Source of the DNA: an uncultured Actinomycetes bacterium
GTDB lineage: Bacteria > Actinomycetota > Thermoleophilia > Gaiellales > Gaiellaceae
DNA: 64,000 nucleotides
Reading direction: 5' to 3'
NCBI GenBank assembly: GCA_963776375.1
Contig: CAVZMF010000005.1
Coordinates: 625,595-689,594, forward strand
Shown: one piece after another, positions 48,013 through 59,435 of the stretch
Layout of the letters: every line of letters starts with the position of its first letter
How positions within the stretch are numbered: position 1 is the first letter of the stretch
Program-made: the position numbers and the translations under genes
Notes under the pieces: generated by a model
What the model saw: only the letters and a program-made list of their open reading frames with translations
Told to the model about the DNA's origin: nothing
The model's database searches: none

Positions 48013-50754
48013 GTGGTGTCCGAGCTGCGAGCGCGAGCGGATCCCGAGCTTGGCGTAGGTGTGCGAGAGGTGCACCTCGACGGTGTGCACCGTGACGAAG
48101 AGCGTGCTCGCGATCTCCTTGTTGGAGAGGCCCTGGGCGGCCAGCTCGGCGACGCGCGTCTCCGTCTTCGTCAATCCGCCGGGCGTCTTCGCCTGCGGCC
48201 GGCGCGCCCCGACGCGGGCCAGCTCCGAGCGCGCCTCGTCGGCCCAGCCGGGAGAGCCCATCTCGTCGAAGGCCGCGGTCGTGCGCTCGAGCGTCTTGCG
48301 CGCGGCGCCCCACTTCTTCTGCCTCCGCTCGCCGCGGCCCAGGACGAGGAGCACGCGGGCCTCGTCGAAGCGCAGGCCCAGCTCACGGTACTGCGACGCC
48401 GCGTCCTCGAGGGCCGACCACGCCTCGTCGTAGCGCTTCGCGGCCAGCTCGAGCAGTCCCTCGCAGCGGCACGCGGTTGCCAGCCCCCAGGGATGCTGCT
48501 GCTCCTCGGCCAGCGTCCGCAGCCGACGAGTCACGTCCCCGGCCTCGTCGTTCTGCTCGAGCTCGGCGAGCGACTCCACGAGGTCGGGAGCAGCCGGGAA
48601 GACGCCGGGGTCGAGCACTCCCTCGCGCTCGGTGTGCTGCCAGACGGCACGCAGGCTCTCGACCGCCCGGGCCGGGTCGTGGCCGAGCAGCGCGGCGAGG
48701 CCGCGCGCCCGTAGCGCCTCGAGCACGTCCCAGCGGACGCCGCTCGTCTCGCCCCGCTCGATAGCCTCGTCCGCCCACCGCGCCGCCTCGTCCGGGTGTC
48801 CGCGTCCCGCTGCGAGCAGCGCCCGGCAGCGGGCATACATCGAAGGCAGGACCGCCTCCTCCTCGGGCGCCTCGGCCCAGTCGTCGAGCAGGCGTCCGGC
48901 GGCGTCCCAGTTGCCGATTCGCAGCTCGAGCTCGCACAGGTGCAGGCGTTGCAGCGCATACGAGAGGGGCTCGCCTCGCTCGTCGGCGATGCGGCGCAGC
49001 TCGGTGAAGATCGCTCTCGCCCGGTCGACCTCCCCGCGCCAGACATGGCGCTGGCCGGCAACGCGCAGCGGGGCGGCGGCGACGAAGGTGGCCGTGTCGG
49101 AGACTTCCTCGAAGCGTTCGCAGACGTCGTCGATCGGACGACCGCGAAGGCTGCGGCTCCAGGCGAGCGTCTGCAGCACGTCACGCTCCGCTTCCGTTCC
49201 CGCTTCCCGTGCCGACCGCTGGAATTGCTCGACCAGGGCCTCGACCTCGGCGAGCCCCTCGACGCCGATCACCACGCGGTCCCCTGCCCGCTCGATCAGC
49301 ACCCACGCGTGGAGCGCCTCGTCGTCGCCGGCCTCGGCGAGAGCGCGGTCGTGGTAGGGCCGCGACTCCGCGACCGTTGTGGACCCCTCGCAGAGGAGCC
49401 GGCAGCCCCAGATGCGCGCCCGGCCGGGCGGCAGCGAGTCGAGCGCGGGCTCGATCAGGCGACGCATGCGCGGCACGTCCCCGGCGAGGTACAGGTACTG
49501 CCCGAGCGCGAGCACGCGGTCGGCCTGCTCCGGAGCATCGTCAGGGGTCAGGCGGAGTGCCTGCTCCGCCAGCTCGGCCGCCTCCTGGCGGGCGCCCCGG
49601 GCCGCTGCGTCCTGCGCCGCGGCCGCGATCGTGGGGGCGAGGCCGGGAGCGGGGCCGTTCGCGGAGAGCGCCAGGTGGCGCGCGCGCAGCTCGTCCTGGT
49701 CGACGACGACGGCGAGCTCGAGGTGCAGCTCGCGCCGCTCGCGCGCCCGCGCTCGCTTCCGGGCCGCCGCCGCGAGCAGCGGATGCGAGGGCCTGACCCG
49801 CTCGCCGTCGACGACCAGCACGCCGGCGTCGAGTGCCTCTTCGAGCGTCTCGTGGTCGGCCAGCGCCTCGAGCTGCGCTGCGCGGAGCTCCGGGCTCAGC
49901 GCGACGGCGAGGAGCAGCCGCCGCACGGACCGCGGAAGCCCGGCGACGCGCACGCCGACGAGATCCTCGACCAGCTCGGGCACGGGCAGCTCCTCGCCGA
50001 TCTGCGGCGGCCCGCTGGCGGCGAGGGTGCGCCCGATCTCGAGGACGTAGAGCGGATTGCCCCCGGAGGACTCGTGCACGTTGCGAACGACACGGCGCGG
50101 CAGGCTCAGGCCGAAGCGGTGGAAGAGGAGACGGCGGGTCGCCCCCAGGCTCAGCGGCGCCACGGCCACCTCCTCCGTCCTCTCGGCCAGGGCGGTCTCG
50201 AGATCGGACGGCCGTCCCGACCGCCTGGCGAGCAGGAAGCGGACGTCGCTCTCGTCCAGCCGGCGTGCCGCGAAGGCGAGCGCCTCCGCCGAGGAGCCGT
50301 CGAGCCACTGGACGTCGTCGACGGCGACGACCACCGGCTCGGCCTCGGCCAGCTCCCTGAGGGCGTTCAGCAGGCCCATCGAGATCGCCCGCGGCTGCAG
50401 CCTCGGCCCCGTCGGCTCGGCGCGGAGCAGGGCGACCTCGAGGGCGTGGCGCTGCGGAGCCGGCACGCCGGCCAGCGCCGAGACGTCGACGTCCTCGAGC
50501 AGGTCGGTGAGGCCCGCGAACGACAGCTTCGCCTCGGCGCCGCTCGGCCGCGCCTCGAGGACGCGCAGCCCCCGGCTCCGCGCAGCGGCGATCCCGGCCT
50601 CCCACAGCGACGTCTTGCCGGCTCCCGGGTCCCCGTCGAGGACGAAGGCGCGCGTCTCCGGACCGCCCAGAAACTCGTCGAGCCGTGAGAGCTCTTCCTC
50701 GCGGCCGACCAGGTCACGCATACCCGAGTCGACCTCGACCCTGGTCACGGCCAT
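48001..50754 (-). CDS. LAL-type (large ATP-binding LuxR family) transcriptional regulator
   Basis: 917 aa. N-terminal AAA P-loop GDPGAGKTSL, a central TPR-like helical region and a C-terminal LuxR HTH TETRVAELAAQGLSNKEIASTLFVTVHTVEVHLSHTYAKLG. Confidence 0.9.
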   Translation of the reverse strand: MAVTRVEVDSGMRDLVGREEELSRLDEFLGGPETRAFVLDGDPGAGKTSLWEAGIAAARSRGLRVLEARPSGAEAKLSFAGLTDLLEDVDVSALAGVPAPQRHALEVALLRAEPTGPRLQPRAISMGLLNALRELAEAEPVVVAVDDVQWLDGSSAEALAFAARRLDESDVRFLLARRSGRPSDLETALAERTEEVAVAPLSLGATRRLLFHRFGLSLPRRVVRNVHESSGGNPLYVLEIGRTLAASGPPQIGEELPVPELVEDLVGVRVAGLPRSVRRLLLAVALSPELRAAQLEALADHETLEEALDAGVLVVDGERVRPSHPLLAAAARKRARARERRELHLELAVVVDQDELRARHLALSANGPAPGLAPTIAAAAQDAAARGARQEAAELAEQALRLTPDDAPEQADRVLALGQYLYLAGDVPRMRRLIEPALDSLPPGRARIWGCRLLCEGSTTVAESRPYHDRALAEAGDDEALHAWVLIERAGDRVVIGVEGLAEVEALVEQFQRSAREAGTEAERDVLQTLAWSRSLRGRPIDDVCERFEEVSDTATFVAAAPLRVAGQRHVWRGEVDRARAIFTELRRIADERGEPLSYALQRLHLCELELRIGNWDAAGRLLDDWAEAPEEEAVLPSMYARCRALLAAGRGHPDEAARWADEAIERGETSGVRWDVLEALRARGLAALLGHDPARAVESLRAVWQHTEREGVLDPGVFPAAPDLVESLAELEQNDEAGDVTRRLRTLAEEQQHPWGLATACRCEGLLELAAKRYDEAWSALEDAASQYRELGLRFDEARVLLVLGRGERRQKKWGAARKTLERTTAAFDEMGSPGWADEARSELARVGARRPQAKTPGGLTKTETRVAELAAQGLSNKEIASTLFVTVHTVEVHLSHTYAKLGIRSRSQLGHHLRG

Positions 50755-50817
50755 TGCTGGATAGCAGAGCGCGGGCCGCGCGGCAAACTGCAGCGCGGCC
50801 CGACGCCCGGTCGGGCG

Positions 50818-51576
50818 CTAGGCCGGCTTGCGGAGGCGGCCGGAGGCGGCGCTGCGGGCGACCGCCCCGGGGAGCAGCGCCTGGGCGATCATCCCCAGCC
50901 GGTAGTACCAGGGCACGAACATCTCGCGCCTGTTCTGGTCGAGCGCGCGCAGGACCGCGTCGGCGACGTCTTCAGGCTCCGCGATCACCGGGTGCACGAT
51001 GCGCGGGAAGACCGCGCGCTGCGGGAAGCCCTCCGTCTCGACGAACCCGGGCATGACGAGGTGAACGCGCACGCCGACCGGGTGCAGTTCGGCCGCGACC
51101 GCGCGGGAGAACGAGACCTGCGCGTGCTTGGAGGCTGCGTACGGCCCGGACGTGCCGGCCGTGACCGTGCCCGCCGCCGAGGCGATGTTGACGAGGTCGG
51201 AGGGCGCGGCGGCGAGCAGGCCGGGGAGGAAGGCGCGCAGACACCAGACGCCGCCCAGGTAGTTGACGCGCGTGACGAGCTCGATCCGCTCCGGGTCGCC
51301 GTCGACGAAGCCTGTCCGCGCCGGGATCCCGGCGTTGTTGACGAGGAGGCCGATCTTCGGGTGACGCTCGAGGACGGCCGCGGCTGTCCGGTCGACGGCG
51401 TCGCGGTCGCCGACGTCGCAGACCTCGTGCTCGCCGCCGACCTCCTCGGCGAGCTTCTGCAGCAGCTCTTCGCGGCGGGCGAGCAGCACGCACCGCCAGC
51501 CCCGCCTCGCGAGCGCCCGGGCGGTCGCAGCACCGATGCCCGACGAGCCCCCGGTGACGACTGCGATCCTGTCCAT
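50818..51576 (-). CDS. Short-chain dehydrogenase/reductase (SDR)
   Basis: 252 aa. TGGSSGIG, NNAG and YAASKHA motifs. Confidence 0.9.
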   Translation of the reverse strand: MDRIAVVTGGSSGIGAATARALARRGWRCVLLARREELLQKLAEEVGGEHEVCDVGDRDAVDRTAAAVLERHPKIGLLVNNAGIPARTGFVDGDPERIELVTRVNYLGGVWCLRAFLPGLLAAAPSDLVNIASAAGTVTAGTSGPYAASKHAQVSFSRAVAAELHPVGVRVHLVMPGFVETEGFPQRAVFPRIVHPVIAEPEDVADAVLRALDQNRREMFVPWYYRLGMIAQALLPGAVARSAASGRLRKPA

Positions 51577-51710
51577 GCCTGCCTAGTTTCGCCGATCGCG
51601 GACACGCGGCAGGTCGAAGCGGCCGCATGGCGGCCGCGTTCTTGCGGAATTACGGCCGTGAGCCGGAGGGCCGGATTGGCCCGAGGCTCTCACGGCCGCG
51701 GCCAGGTGAG

Positions 51711-54700
51711 TCAGCAGACGCGGACCGAGCGCGTCGCCGCGGAGGTGCGGCCGCTCTTGTCGGTCAGGACGGCGCGCAGGGCATGGCGCCCCTTGGCGAG
51801 GCCGACCGTCTTCCAGCTCGCGGCGTAGAGGTCGGCGACGCCGTTCTTGACCGTCGCCGCCTTGCGGGCGCCGTCGAAGAACGTGACCGCGGTGATCTTC
51901 GCCGTATCGCTCGCGAGCACGAGCAGCCGCTCCGTCTTCGCCGCGCAGGCGCCCGACGTCGGGGCGATCCAGGTGATCGCCGGGCCGTTGACGACCGCCA
52001 GCTTCGTCGTCTTGATCGCGGTGTTCGGCAGGGCGTTCGGGCCGATCGTGTTCACGTTCTTCGACTCCTGGTTGTCGGCGACAAGCATCAGCACGGTCGG
52101 CCGACCGGCGGCGAGTGCAGCAGCCTGGGGCGGGAGCGGCACGACGATCGTGCCCGTCCTGGCGTCGTATGCAGCCGCGGGGACAAGCTGGTTCTGGTAG
52201 CCGAACAGCGCGGAGAACGGATCGACGCCGGATTGCGAGTCGGTCGCCTTGAACGCGATGGTGGGCCGGCCGGCCGCGACCTTCGTCGTCAGCAGCGTCA
52301 CGCGCGGCGGCCGCACGTCGTTGACCCATGAGCGCAGGACATAGGTCCCGTCGAGCGACTTGTGCGTGAAGGGGTCGCGCCGCGAGTCGACGGAGAAGTA
52401 GTACCGGCCCGGGCTGGCGAAGACCGAGCCCGCCACGCCGATGTCGCCGCGGTAGTCGAGCATGATCCCGTTCACGTTCACGGGCGTCCCGGCGTAGCCC
52501 TGGACGGTGTTCTCGTCCGGGGCGCCGAGGAGCCACGGCTCGATCAGCGAGCCCGCCGACTCGGTCTCGACGGCGACTCCGAAGTTCACCGTCTTCTTGG
52601 CCAGCGTCGTCACGTAGAGATGCTCCTTGCCGCTGTCGTCCATCGGCGCGCCCGTGACGTTCGGCGCCAGCCCGAACGGCGCCGCCGGCCAGCGGTAGAC
52701 GGAGGCGCGATTCTGGCCCTTGCGCGTGTCGCCCGACTGCACCGTGCGCAGCTGGACGGCCTTCGCCTGGGCCAGCCCGGGCCTGGTCGACGAAGAAGTC
52801 GTAGGGGATGCGCCTGACGTCAGCGCCGCGGCGCAGCGTGACGAAGCCGTAGTCGTCGCCCGGCTTGGCCCCCGCGCCGGCGCCGGCGGTCAAGGTCAGC
52901 ATGCGCGGTGCCGCCCGGCGCCAGCAGGAACGTCGGCGAGACCGTGATCGTCGCGCCCTGCGAGGCGCTCTGGCTCTGGAGCCCCACCTGCCACGTGCCG
53001 TCGCCGCCGCCCGCGTCGGAGACGGTCAGCGCGAGCTGCTTGCTCGGCGTCGAGCTGGTGGCAAGGTTCAGCTCGCCGAACGAGAGCGACTGCGGATCGG
53101 TGAAGACGAGCGGCTTGTCCGCCGTCGGGAGCCAGGCAAGGCCGGCGCCCTCCTCGAGCACCGAGGCCTCGGTCGTGCGGCTCGTGTCCGAGAACGCCGG
53201 CGCCGAGGTCGACATCAGCGCCGACTTGACCTGCTTCGGCGTCCACGCCCGGGTGCCGCTGCAGGAGCAGGGCGGCCGAGCCGGCGATGTGCGGCGTCGC
53301 CATGCTCGTCCCGTCGAAGACGGCGAACGGGGAGCCCGCGAACTCCGGCAGCGTCGAGGAGAGGACCTGCGCGCCCGGTGCCGAGACGTCCGGCTTGAGC
53401 ATGTGCGCGAACGGCGGTCGGCCCGGCCGAGGAGAAGCTCGTGATCACGCCCGAGCGCCCGGTGGAGATCTCGCGCACGTCGGTACCGATCGTGATCCGG
53501 GCCTGCCCGCCGGTCGAGGCGGTGGCGCTGACGATCCGCCGCCCGTCGAGGTCGGAGATCATCCCCGCCGGGAAGCCGAGCTGGATCGGGATCGGATTCG
53601 GGTCGCCGGCCCGGTTGTCGGAGACGATCATCCCGATCGCCCCGGCGCTGACGGCCCGGTAGGCCTTGGAGACGAACGTGCACGTCCCGCGCTCGACGAG
53701 CGCGATCTTCCCCTTCAGCGCGTTGGGTTCGAGGGTCGGCTTGAGCAGGTTCGGGTTCGTCGAGGGGCCGCAGAGATGCGGGTCGCGCTTGCCATTGGCA
53801 CCGGTGAGCCTGGCCACGTCGACGAGCGTCTGCGGCGCGGTCGCCCAGGAATCGGGGAAGCCGTCCGCCGTGGGCACGATCGCGAGCGTGCTCGGCCCCT
53901 GGAGCGCGGGGGAGACGACGGTCAGCTGGCGGCCGAAGAAGTGCGAGTTCGAGACTGCGGCGACGGTGATCGCCTCCGGCGCCGTCCCCGGGGAGCCGAC
54001 GGAGCCGAAGCCGAAGTCGTCGCGGTCGTTCCCGGCCGCGATCACGGGCACGACGCCGGCCGCGGCGACGTTGCGGATCGTCGGGATCATCGCGTCGTTG
54101 GCAGGATCCGTCTCCGGCCCGCCGCCCGAGAAGTTGATCACGTTCATCCCGTCACTGACCGCGCTCTCGAAGGCGGCGACGATCTCCGGGGTCTCGGCGA
54201 AGTTGCCGCCGATCAGCGGCGCGGGGACGTTGAAGACGCGGTAGTTGCCGAGCCAGGCGCGCGGCGCGACGCCGGAGAGGCCGGTCGTGAGCGGATGGTC
54301 CCGTCCGGGAGGGGCGGTGGTGTTCGCGTTCCCTGCGGCGATGCCCGCGACGTGCGTGCCGTGGAACGACGCCTGCCGGTCGAGCGGCAGTTGCCCCGCG
54401 GTTCCCGAGCCGGGGCCGGGGAAGGCGCGCGCGACGATCACCTTCGCCGTCGTGAACGCGGTGTTGCCCTTCGGGAAGCCGGGCGGGTACGAGTAGCCGT
54501 TGGGGTTGAAGAACTGGTTCGTCTGGTCGATGCCGTCGTCGACGACGCCGATCTTGATCCCGGCACCGCTCGCGCCCGTCGCGGCCCCGAGTTGCGTTGC
54601 GCCGATCACGCTCGGGCTCTTGTTCGTCGACTCCATGTAGCGGAGGCTGGGATAGACGTGGCTGAGGAAGCCGAGCCCGAGCAGCCGCGGGAGCTGCGTC

Positions 54701-55122
54701 GCCGGGAGCGTGACGGCGAAGCCGTCGAGGACGACGCGGTAGTGGTAGGAGACGCGCGCCTCCGGGATCGCGCTCCGCAGCTTTGCGATGGCAACGCGCT
54801 GGGCGGCGTCGACCTGTGCCAGGTAGCGCTGCGACGCGCTGGACGCGACCTCGAGCTGGGTCTGCCCGGGGCGGTAGCCGAGCCCGGAGTCGAAGGCCTG
54901 TGCGAGCGGCGGCAGGCCGACCGTCGCGATCACGCGCACCTGCCCCTTGGTGCCGGCGGCGGAAACCGGGATCGTTCCGTGCAGGAGGCGGGGGATCGTC
55001 ACGTCTCCGAAGTGCCTGCGCAGCGGCACCAGCGACGCCGACGCCGACGTGCTGCCGGCGAGCGCCGACAGGATGCCGATCAGGAGAAGGGTCCGGCGCA
55101 CTGGGCGGCGACTAGCGTACAC
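51711..55122 (-). pseudogene. Large secreted subtilisin-like S8 peptidase (I9 propeptide, S8 with PA insert, C-terminal beta-rich domains) with 4 frameshifts
   Basis: Catalytic motifs VGVVDDGID, HGTHVAGIAAG and GTSMATPHIAGSAALL. The reading frame steps +1 four times, near 53415, 53245, 52903 and 52785. The reconstructed length is about 1137 aa. Confidence 0.7.
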
Positions 55123-55133
55123 TCGCGCCCGTC

Positions 55134-55913
55134 ATGGCCGGTCAGTTCGACGGGAAGCGGGGCCTCGTCCTCGGCGTGGCCAACAGGCGGTCGATCGCAT
55201 GGTCGATCGCCCGCGCGCTGGCCGAGCAGGGCGCGGAGCTCGCGTTCACGTTCCAGGGCGAGCGCATCGAAAACAGCGTGCGTGAGCTGGCCGACAGCGT
55301 GTCCAGCCCGCTCGTGACGTCGTGCGACGTGCGCTCGGACGAGGACGTGCAGCGCGTCTTCACCGAGGTCGGCGAGGCGTTCGGCGGCGGGCTCGACCTG
55401 CTCGTCCACTCGGTGGCCTTCGCCGCCGCGGAGGATCTCGCCGGCCGGTTCACGGACACGCCGCGCGACAACTTCTGGCTCGCGCTCGACGTGAGCGCGT
55501 ACTCGCTCGTCGCCTGCGCGCGGGCCGCCGAGCCGCTGATGGAAGCCCGCGGCGGCGGCTCGATCCTGACGATGACCTACCTCGGCGGCGAGCGCACCGT
55601 GCCGCACTACAACGTCATGGGTGTGGCCAAGGCCGCCCTGGACGCGTCGGTTCGCTATCTGGCCTGGGACCTGGGCCAGAAGAACATCCGCGTGAACGCG
55701 GTCTCGGCCGGGCCCGTGCGCACGCTGGCCGCGCGCTCGATCGCGGGCTTCCCGACGATGGAGGCGATCGTCGAGGAGCGCGCGCCCCTCCATCGCCAGA
55801 TCGACGCCGACGACGTCGGCGCCGCCGCGGCGTACCTGCTCTCGGACTCGGCCGGGAACGTCAGCGCGACGACGCTCTACGTCGACGCCGGCTACCACTC
55901 CATGGGCATGTAG
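55134..55913 (+). CDS. fabI: Enoyl-[acyl-carrier-protein] reductase (NADH)
   Basis: 259 aa. GKRGLVLGVANRRSIAW, YNVMGVAKAAL (Y-x6-K) and NAVSAGPVRTLA. Confidence 0.92.
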   Translation: MAGQFDGKRGLVLGVANRRSIAWSIARALAEQGAELAFTFQGERIENSVRELADSVSSPLVTSCDVRSDEDVQRVFTEVGEAFGGGLDLLVHSVAFAAAEDLAGRFTDTPRDNFWLALDVSAYSLVACARAAEPLMEARGGGSILTMTYLGGERTVPHYNVMGVAKAALDASVRYLAWDLGQKNIRVNAVSAGPVRTLAARSIAGFPTMEAIVEERAPLHRQIDADDVGAAAAYLLSDSAGNVSATTLYVDAGYHSMGM

Positions 55914-56174
55914 AGGGGCTCCAAGGCAAGGCTCAACCGGCTGTCGCCCGCTTGGCAAGCCGAAGCGGCAGTTAGGTCGTTACACGGATCGCCCCGCGCA
56001 ATCGCTCACTCGTGAGGGGCCGGCAGGGAGGGAGGGCTCGCTCGCGGCTCGTGGGCGGGCGGCCTCACCGGGAACTCTCCGCCGCCGGAGGCGCGACAGC
56101 ATCCGGGAACCGGCCGAGAGGATCTGCGGCTTTCTACTACTCCACTACCGACAAGTTGTGTCTACGCTCCAAGC

Positions 56175-56531
56175 ATGCCTCCACACCCGCTTCCCCAACC
56201 TGTCGTCGAACTCGTCGCCCAACGTCTCCGCGCACTGGGCGAGCCGCTTCGTATCCGGCTCCTCGAGCAGCTGATGGACGGCGAGGCCAGCGTGCAAGAG
56301 CTGGTCAGCGCCACCGGAGCCGGTCAGCAGAACGTGTCCAAGCACCTGGGGGTGCTCCTGCACGCCGGCATCGTCGGGCGGCGCAAGCAAGGCACGTTCG
56401 TCTACTACCGGATCGTCGACGAGGTCGTCTACAGCCTCTGCGAGCAGGTCTGCGCCAGCCTCGAGCGCCAACACGCGGAACTCGGAGAACTGCTCGCGAC
56501 CAGACTCACCGCCGAAGGGAGTGTCCGCTGA
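56175..56531 (+). CDS. ArsR/SmtB-family transcriptional regulator
   Basis: 118 aa. LRALGEPLRIRLLEQLMDGEASVQELVSATGAGQQNVSKHLGVLLHAGIV is a wHTH. Confidence 0.85.
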   Translation: MPPHPLPQPVVELVAQRLRALGEPLRIRLLEQLMDGEASVQELVSATGAGQQNVSKHLGVLLHAGIVGRRKQGTFVYYRIVDEVVYSLCEQVCASLERQHAELGELLATRLTAEGSVR

Positions 56532-57007
56532 TGGCCACCGCGACCGAGAGCAAGCAAAGCGTACGCACCAAGGAGTTCCAGTTCCCGCTCACCGTCGAAT
56601 GGATCGACGGCCGCCGCGTCGCCGCGAAGGTCGAGGGCAAGGAGCCGGTCGAGATCGCGCCGCCGCCGGTCTTCCGCGGCACGGATCCCACCGCCTGGAG
56701 CCCCGAAGACTTCCTCGTTGCGGCTGACGCCTCCTGCCTCGCTGTCACCTTCACCGGCCTCGCGGAGCGCGACGGCCTCGACTACAGCAATCTCAGGGTC
56801 GACGCGACGGGTACCTGCGGCCAACGCACCGATGGCCGCTTCGGATTCACACGGCTCGAGCTCCAGCTCACCGTCGAAACGGATCCCGCGGACGCAGCAC
56901 GCGCCCGAACCCTCGCCGAAAAGGCAGAGGCGACTTGCTTGATCTCTGCGTCACTGGGCCTTCCGGTCGAGACGGTGATCAACACAACGCCGCCGTCGGG
57001 GAGCTGA
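56531..57007 (+). CDS. OsmC/Ohr-family peroxiredoxin-like protein
   Basis: 158 aa. Two conserved Cys contexts, AADASCLAVTF and AEATCLIS. The start overlaps the arsR stop (TGATG). Confidence 0.85.
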   Translation: MATATESKQSVRTKEFQFPLTVEWIDGRRVAAKVEGKEPVEIAPPPVFRGTDPTAWSPEDFLVAADASCLAVTFTGLAERDGLDYSNLRVDATGTCGQRTDGRFGFTRLELQLTVETDPADAARARTLAEKAEATCLISASLGLPVETVINTTPPSGS

Positions 57008-57064
57008 GGTGCTCAGCTGCTTGCGGGAGCAGATGCGCGTATTCGACGGCGGATCGCGCACCCC

Positions 57065-59221
57065 ATGACTGCGATCACAGCCGCCCCTCCAGCACCATCG
57101 ACGCTCGAGCACCCGGGGGCCGTCGGGCCGATCGGCCGGTTCGGTCGCTGGACGGTCGACCACGGGCGTGCCGTCGCGATCGCGTGGATCGTGATCGCGA
57201 TCGGGTTCGGATTTTTCGCGCCGAAGGTCGAGTCGGCGCTGTCGGGCGCCGGTTGGCAGGCGAACGGCTCCCAGTCGGTGCAGGCGAGAGCCCTGATTCA
57301 AGAGAACTTCGCTGGTTTGTCCAGTTCGGCGCTGATGGTCGTCGTGCACTCGCCGACGCAGACGGTCGGCGACGCGGGTTTCCGCTCGACGGTCGCTGCG
57401 GTCGAGCGGACGCTGCGGACGAACCGACACGTCGCCTCCGTGTCGTTGCCGCGGGCGGGCGCGACGGTCTCGGCTGATCGCCACACGGCGATCGTCACTG
57501 CCGGTGCAGGCGGTGATCCGACGGCGATGGTGGCCGCCGCCGACTCGCTGAAGGGCAAGCTGCGCGCGCTCGGCACCGGCGGTACCGCTGTGTCCTTGAC
57601 GGGCGCCTCCGGCATGTGGAGCGACTTCAACACGGCGAACCGCACGGCGATGATGAAGTCGGAGCTGTTCTCGTGGCCGGTGACGATGATCATCCTCGTG
57701 CTGGCCTTCGGGTCGCTCGTCGCCGCCGGGCTCCCGCTGTTGCTGACGATCCTCGGGCTGGTCGCATCCGCGGGCTTGCTGGCGTTGCTGACGCACGGGT
57801 TCGAGATCTCGATCTGGGCGATGAACTTCGCGCTCATGTTCGCGCTCGCGCTCGGCATCGACTACGCGCTCTTCCTCGTCCACCGCTTCCGCGGTGCCTT
57901 GTTCGGCTCCAGTCTCGACGCGCGTGACGCGGTCGCGGTGACGATGGACACGGCTGGCAAGGCCGTGATGTTTTCTGGCGTCACTGTTCTGATCTCGCTC
58001 TCGGCGGTGATGCTCGTTCCCAGCCCGGCGTTCCGGTCGATGGCGCTCGGGATCATGATCAGCGTCGTCTTCGTGCTGGCGGCGACCTTGACGCTGTTGC
58101 CGGTCGTGCTCGCCAAGCTCGGCCCCAGGGTCGATTCGATGGCGCTTCGCTGGGTTCACTCCGGTGAGCACCGATCGGCGCGCTTCGCCCGCTGGGGCGC
58201 GCTGCTCTGGCGCCGCCCGCACCTGTTCGGACCTGCGGCGACGATCGTGCTCGTCCTGCTCGCGCTGCCCGTCTTCGGGCTGAAGACCGGCATGCCCTCG
58301 ATCAAGGTCGTCCCCACGAACGACTCCTCCCGGGTCGGCTACACGCAGGTGCAGCAGGCGTTCGGCGTCGGCGCCCCCGGAGCACTCCAGATCGTGACCC
58401 CGCAGGCGAACGCCGCCGCGGTGGCCAGGATCGCCCGGCGCGACCCCGGCATCGCCTCCGTCTCGCCAGCCCAGCCGGGCGGCGGCGGCCTCGCTCTCGT
58501 CCAGGGCGTCCCGAACGCCGACCCGTCGAACACCGCCGTCGGACAGACGATCGACCGGCTCCGCTCGACGCTGCCCGCCGGGGCACTCGTGGGCGGAGCA
58601 GTGGCCGAGAACCACGACCTCGAACAGGCGCTCTCCGCCAAGACACCGCTCGTGATCGGCGTCGTGCTCGCCCTCGGCTTCCTGCTCCTACTCGTTGCCC
58701 TGCAGGCGCCGCTGATCGCCGCGCTCGGTGTGCTGACGAACCTGCTCGCCACCGGCGCCGCGTTCGGCATCGCCCGGCTGATCTTCCAGAACGGCCACGG
58801 CTCCGGCCTGCTCGGCTTCGAGCCGCAGGGCTTCCTCGACGCCTGGGGACCCGTGTTCTTCTTCGCCATGATCTTCGCGATCTCGATGGACTACACCGTC
58901 TTCCTGCTCTCGTCCGCGAAAGAGCACTACGACCGCACCGGCGACCCGCGCGAAGCCATGATCGGCGGGCTCGCCCACTCCGGCCGGGTGATCTTCGCAG
59001 CCGCCGCCGTCATGGTCGCCGTCTTCTTCACCTTCGCGCTCTCCGGCCCGCTCCCGCCCAAGGAGATGGGCGTCATCCTCGGCATCGCCGTCCTGCTCGA
59101 CGCCATGCTCGTCCGGCTCGTCCTGATCCCGACCCTGCTCCGCGTCTTCGGCCACTACGCCTGGGCGATGCCCCACTGGCTCGACCGCATCCTCCCCAAC
59201 GTCCGCTTCGGACACTCCTGA
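57065..59221 (+). CDS. MMPL/RND-superfamily membrane transporter
   Basis: 718 aa. Two six-TM bundles, each preceded by a periplasmic loop. GIDYALFLVHRF and SMDYTVFLLS motifs. Confidence 0.9.
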   Translation: MTAITAAPPAPSTLEHPGAVGPIGRFGRWTVDHGRAVAIAWIVIAIGFGFFAPKVESALSGAGWQANGSQSVQARALIQENFAGLSSSALMVVVHSPTQTVGDAGFRSTVAAVERTLRTNRHVASVSLPRAGATVSADRHTAIVTAGAGGDPTAMVAAADSLKGKLRALGTGGTAVSLTGASGMWSDFNTANRTAMMKSELFSWPVTMIILVLAFGSLVAAGLPLLLTILGLVASAGLLALLTHGFEISIWAMNFALMFALALGIDYALFLVHRFRGALFGSSLDARDAVAVTMDTAGKAVMFSGVTVLISLSAVMLVPSPAFRSMALGIMISVVFVLAATLTLLPVVLAKLGPRVDSMALRWVHSGEHRSARFARWGALLWRRPHLFGPAATIVLVLLALPVFGLKTGMPSIKVVPTNDSSRVGYTQVQQAFGVGAPGALQIVTPQANAAAVARIARRDPGIASVSPAQPGGGGLALVQGVPNADPSNTAVGQTIDRLRSTLPAGALVGGAVAENHDLEQALSAKTPLVIGVVLALGFLLLLVALQAPLIAALGVLTNLLATGAAFGIARLIFQNGHGSGLLGFEPQGFLDAWGPVFFFAMIFAISMDYTVFLLSSAKEHYDRTGDPREAMIGGLAHSGRVIFAAAAVMVAVFFTFALSGPLPPKEMGVILGIAVLLDAMLVRLVLIPTLLRVFGHYAWAMPHWLDRILPNVRFGHS

Positions 59222-59435
59222 TACCGACGCCCGATGGACGGTGACGTCAGCGGACCCAGGTTTGGTCGAGTAGCAGGCCGAAGTACGGGTGGAACTCGTA
59301 GTTGCCGAGTCGTGGCGACCAAGTCGATGTCCCGTCGAGTCACGGCTGCATGGTGCGGTTTCTTGGCCTGAAGTTGGCGCAATCCTAACCGCGGTCCTGC
59401 CCGGTCATGACCAAGCGCCTACTAGAACGGTAGGC

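Noticed and set aside
59247-59339. Minus-strand 30-codon fragment LDGTSTWSPRLGNYEFHPYFGLLLDQTWVR* that looks like a protein C-terminus
   Set aside because: It is preceded by an in-frame TGA and has no identifiable upstream continuation in any frame. It is too short to assign and may be a gene remnant or chance.
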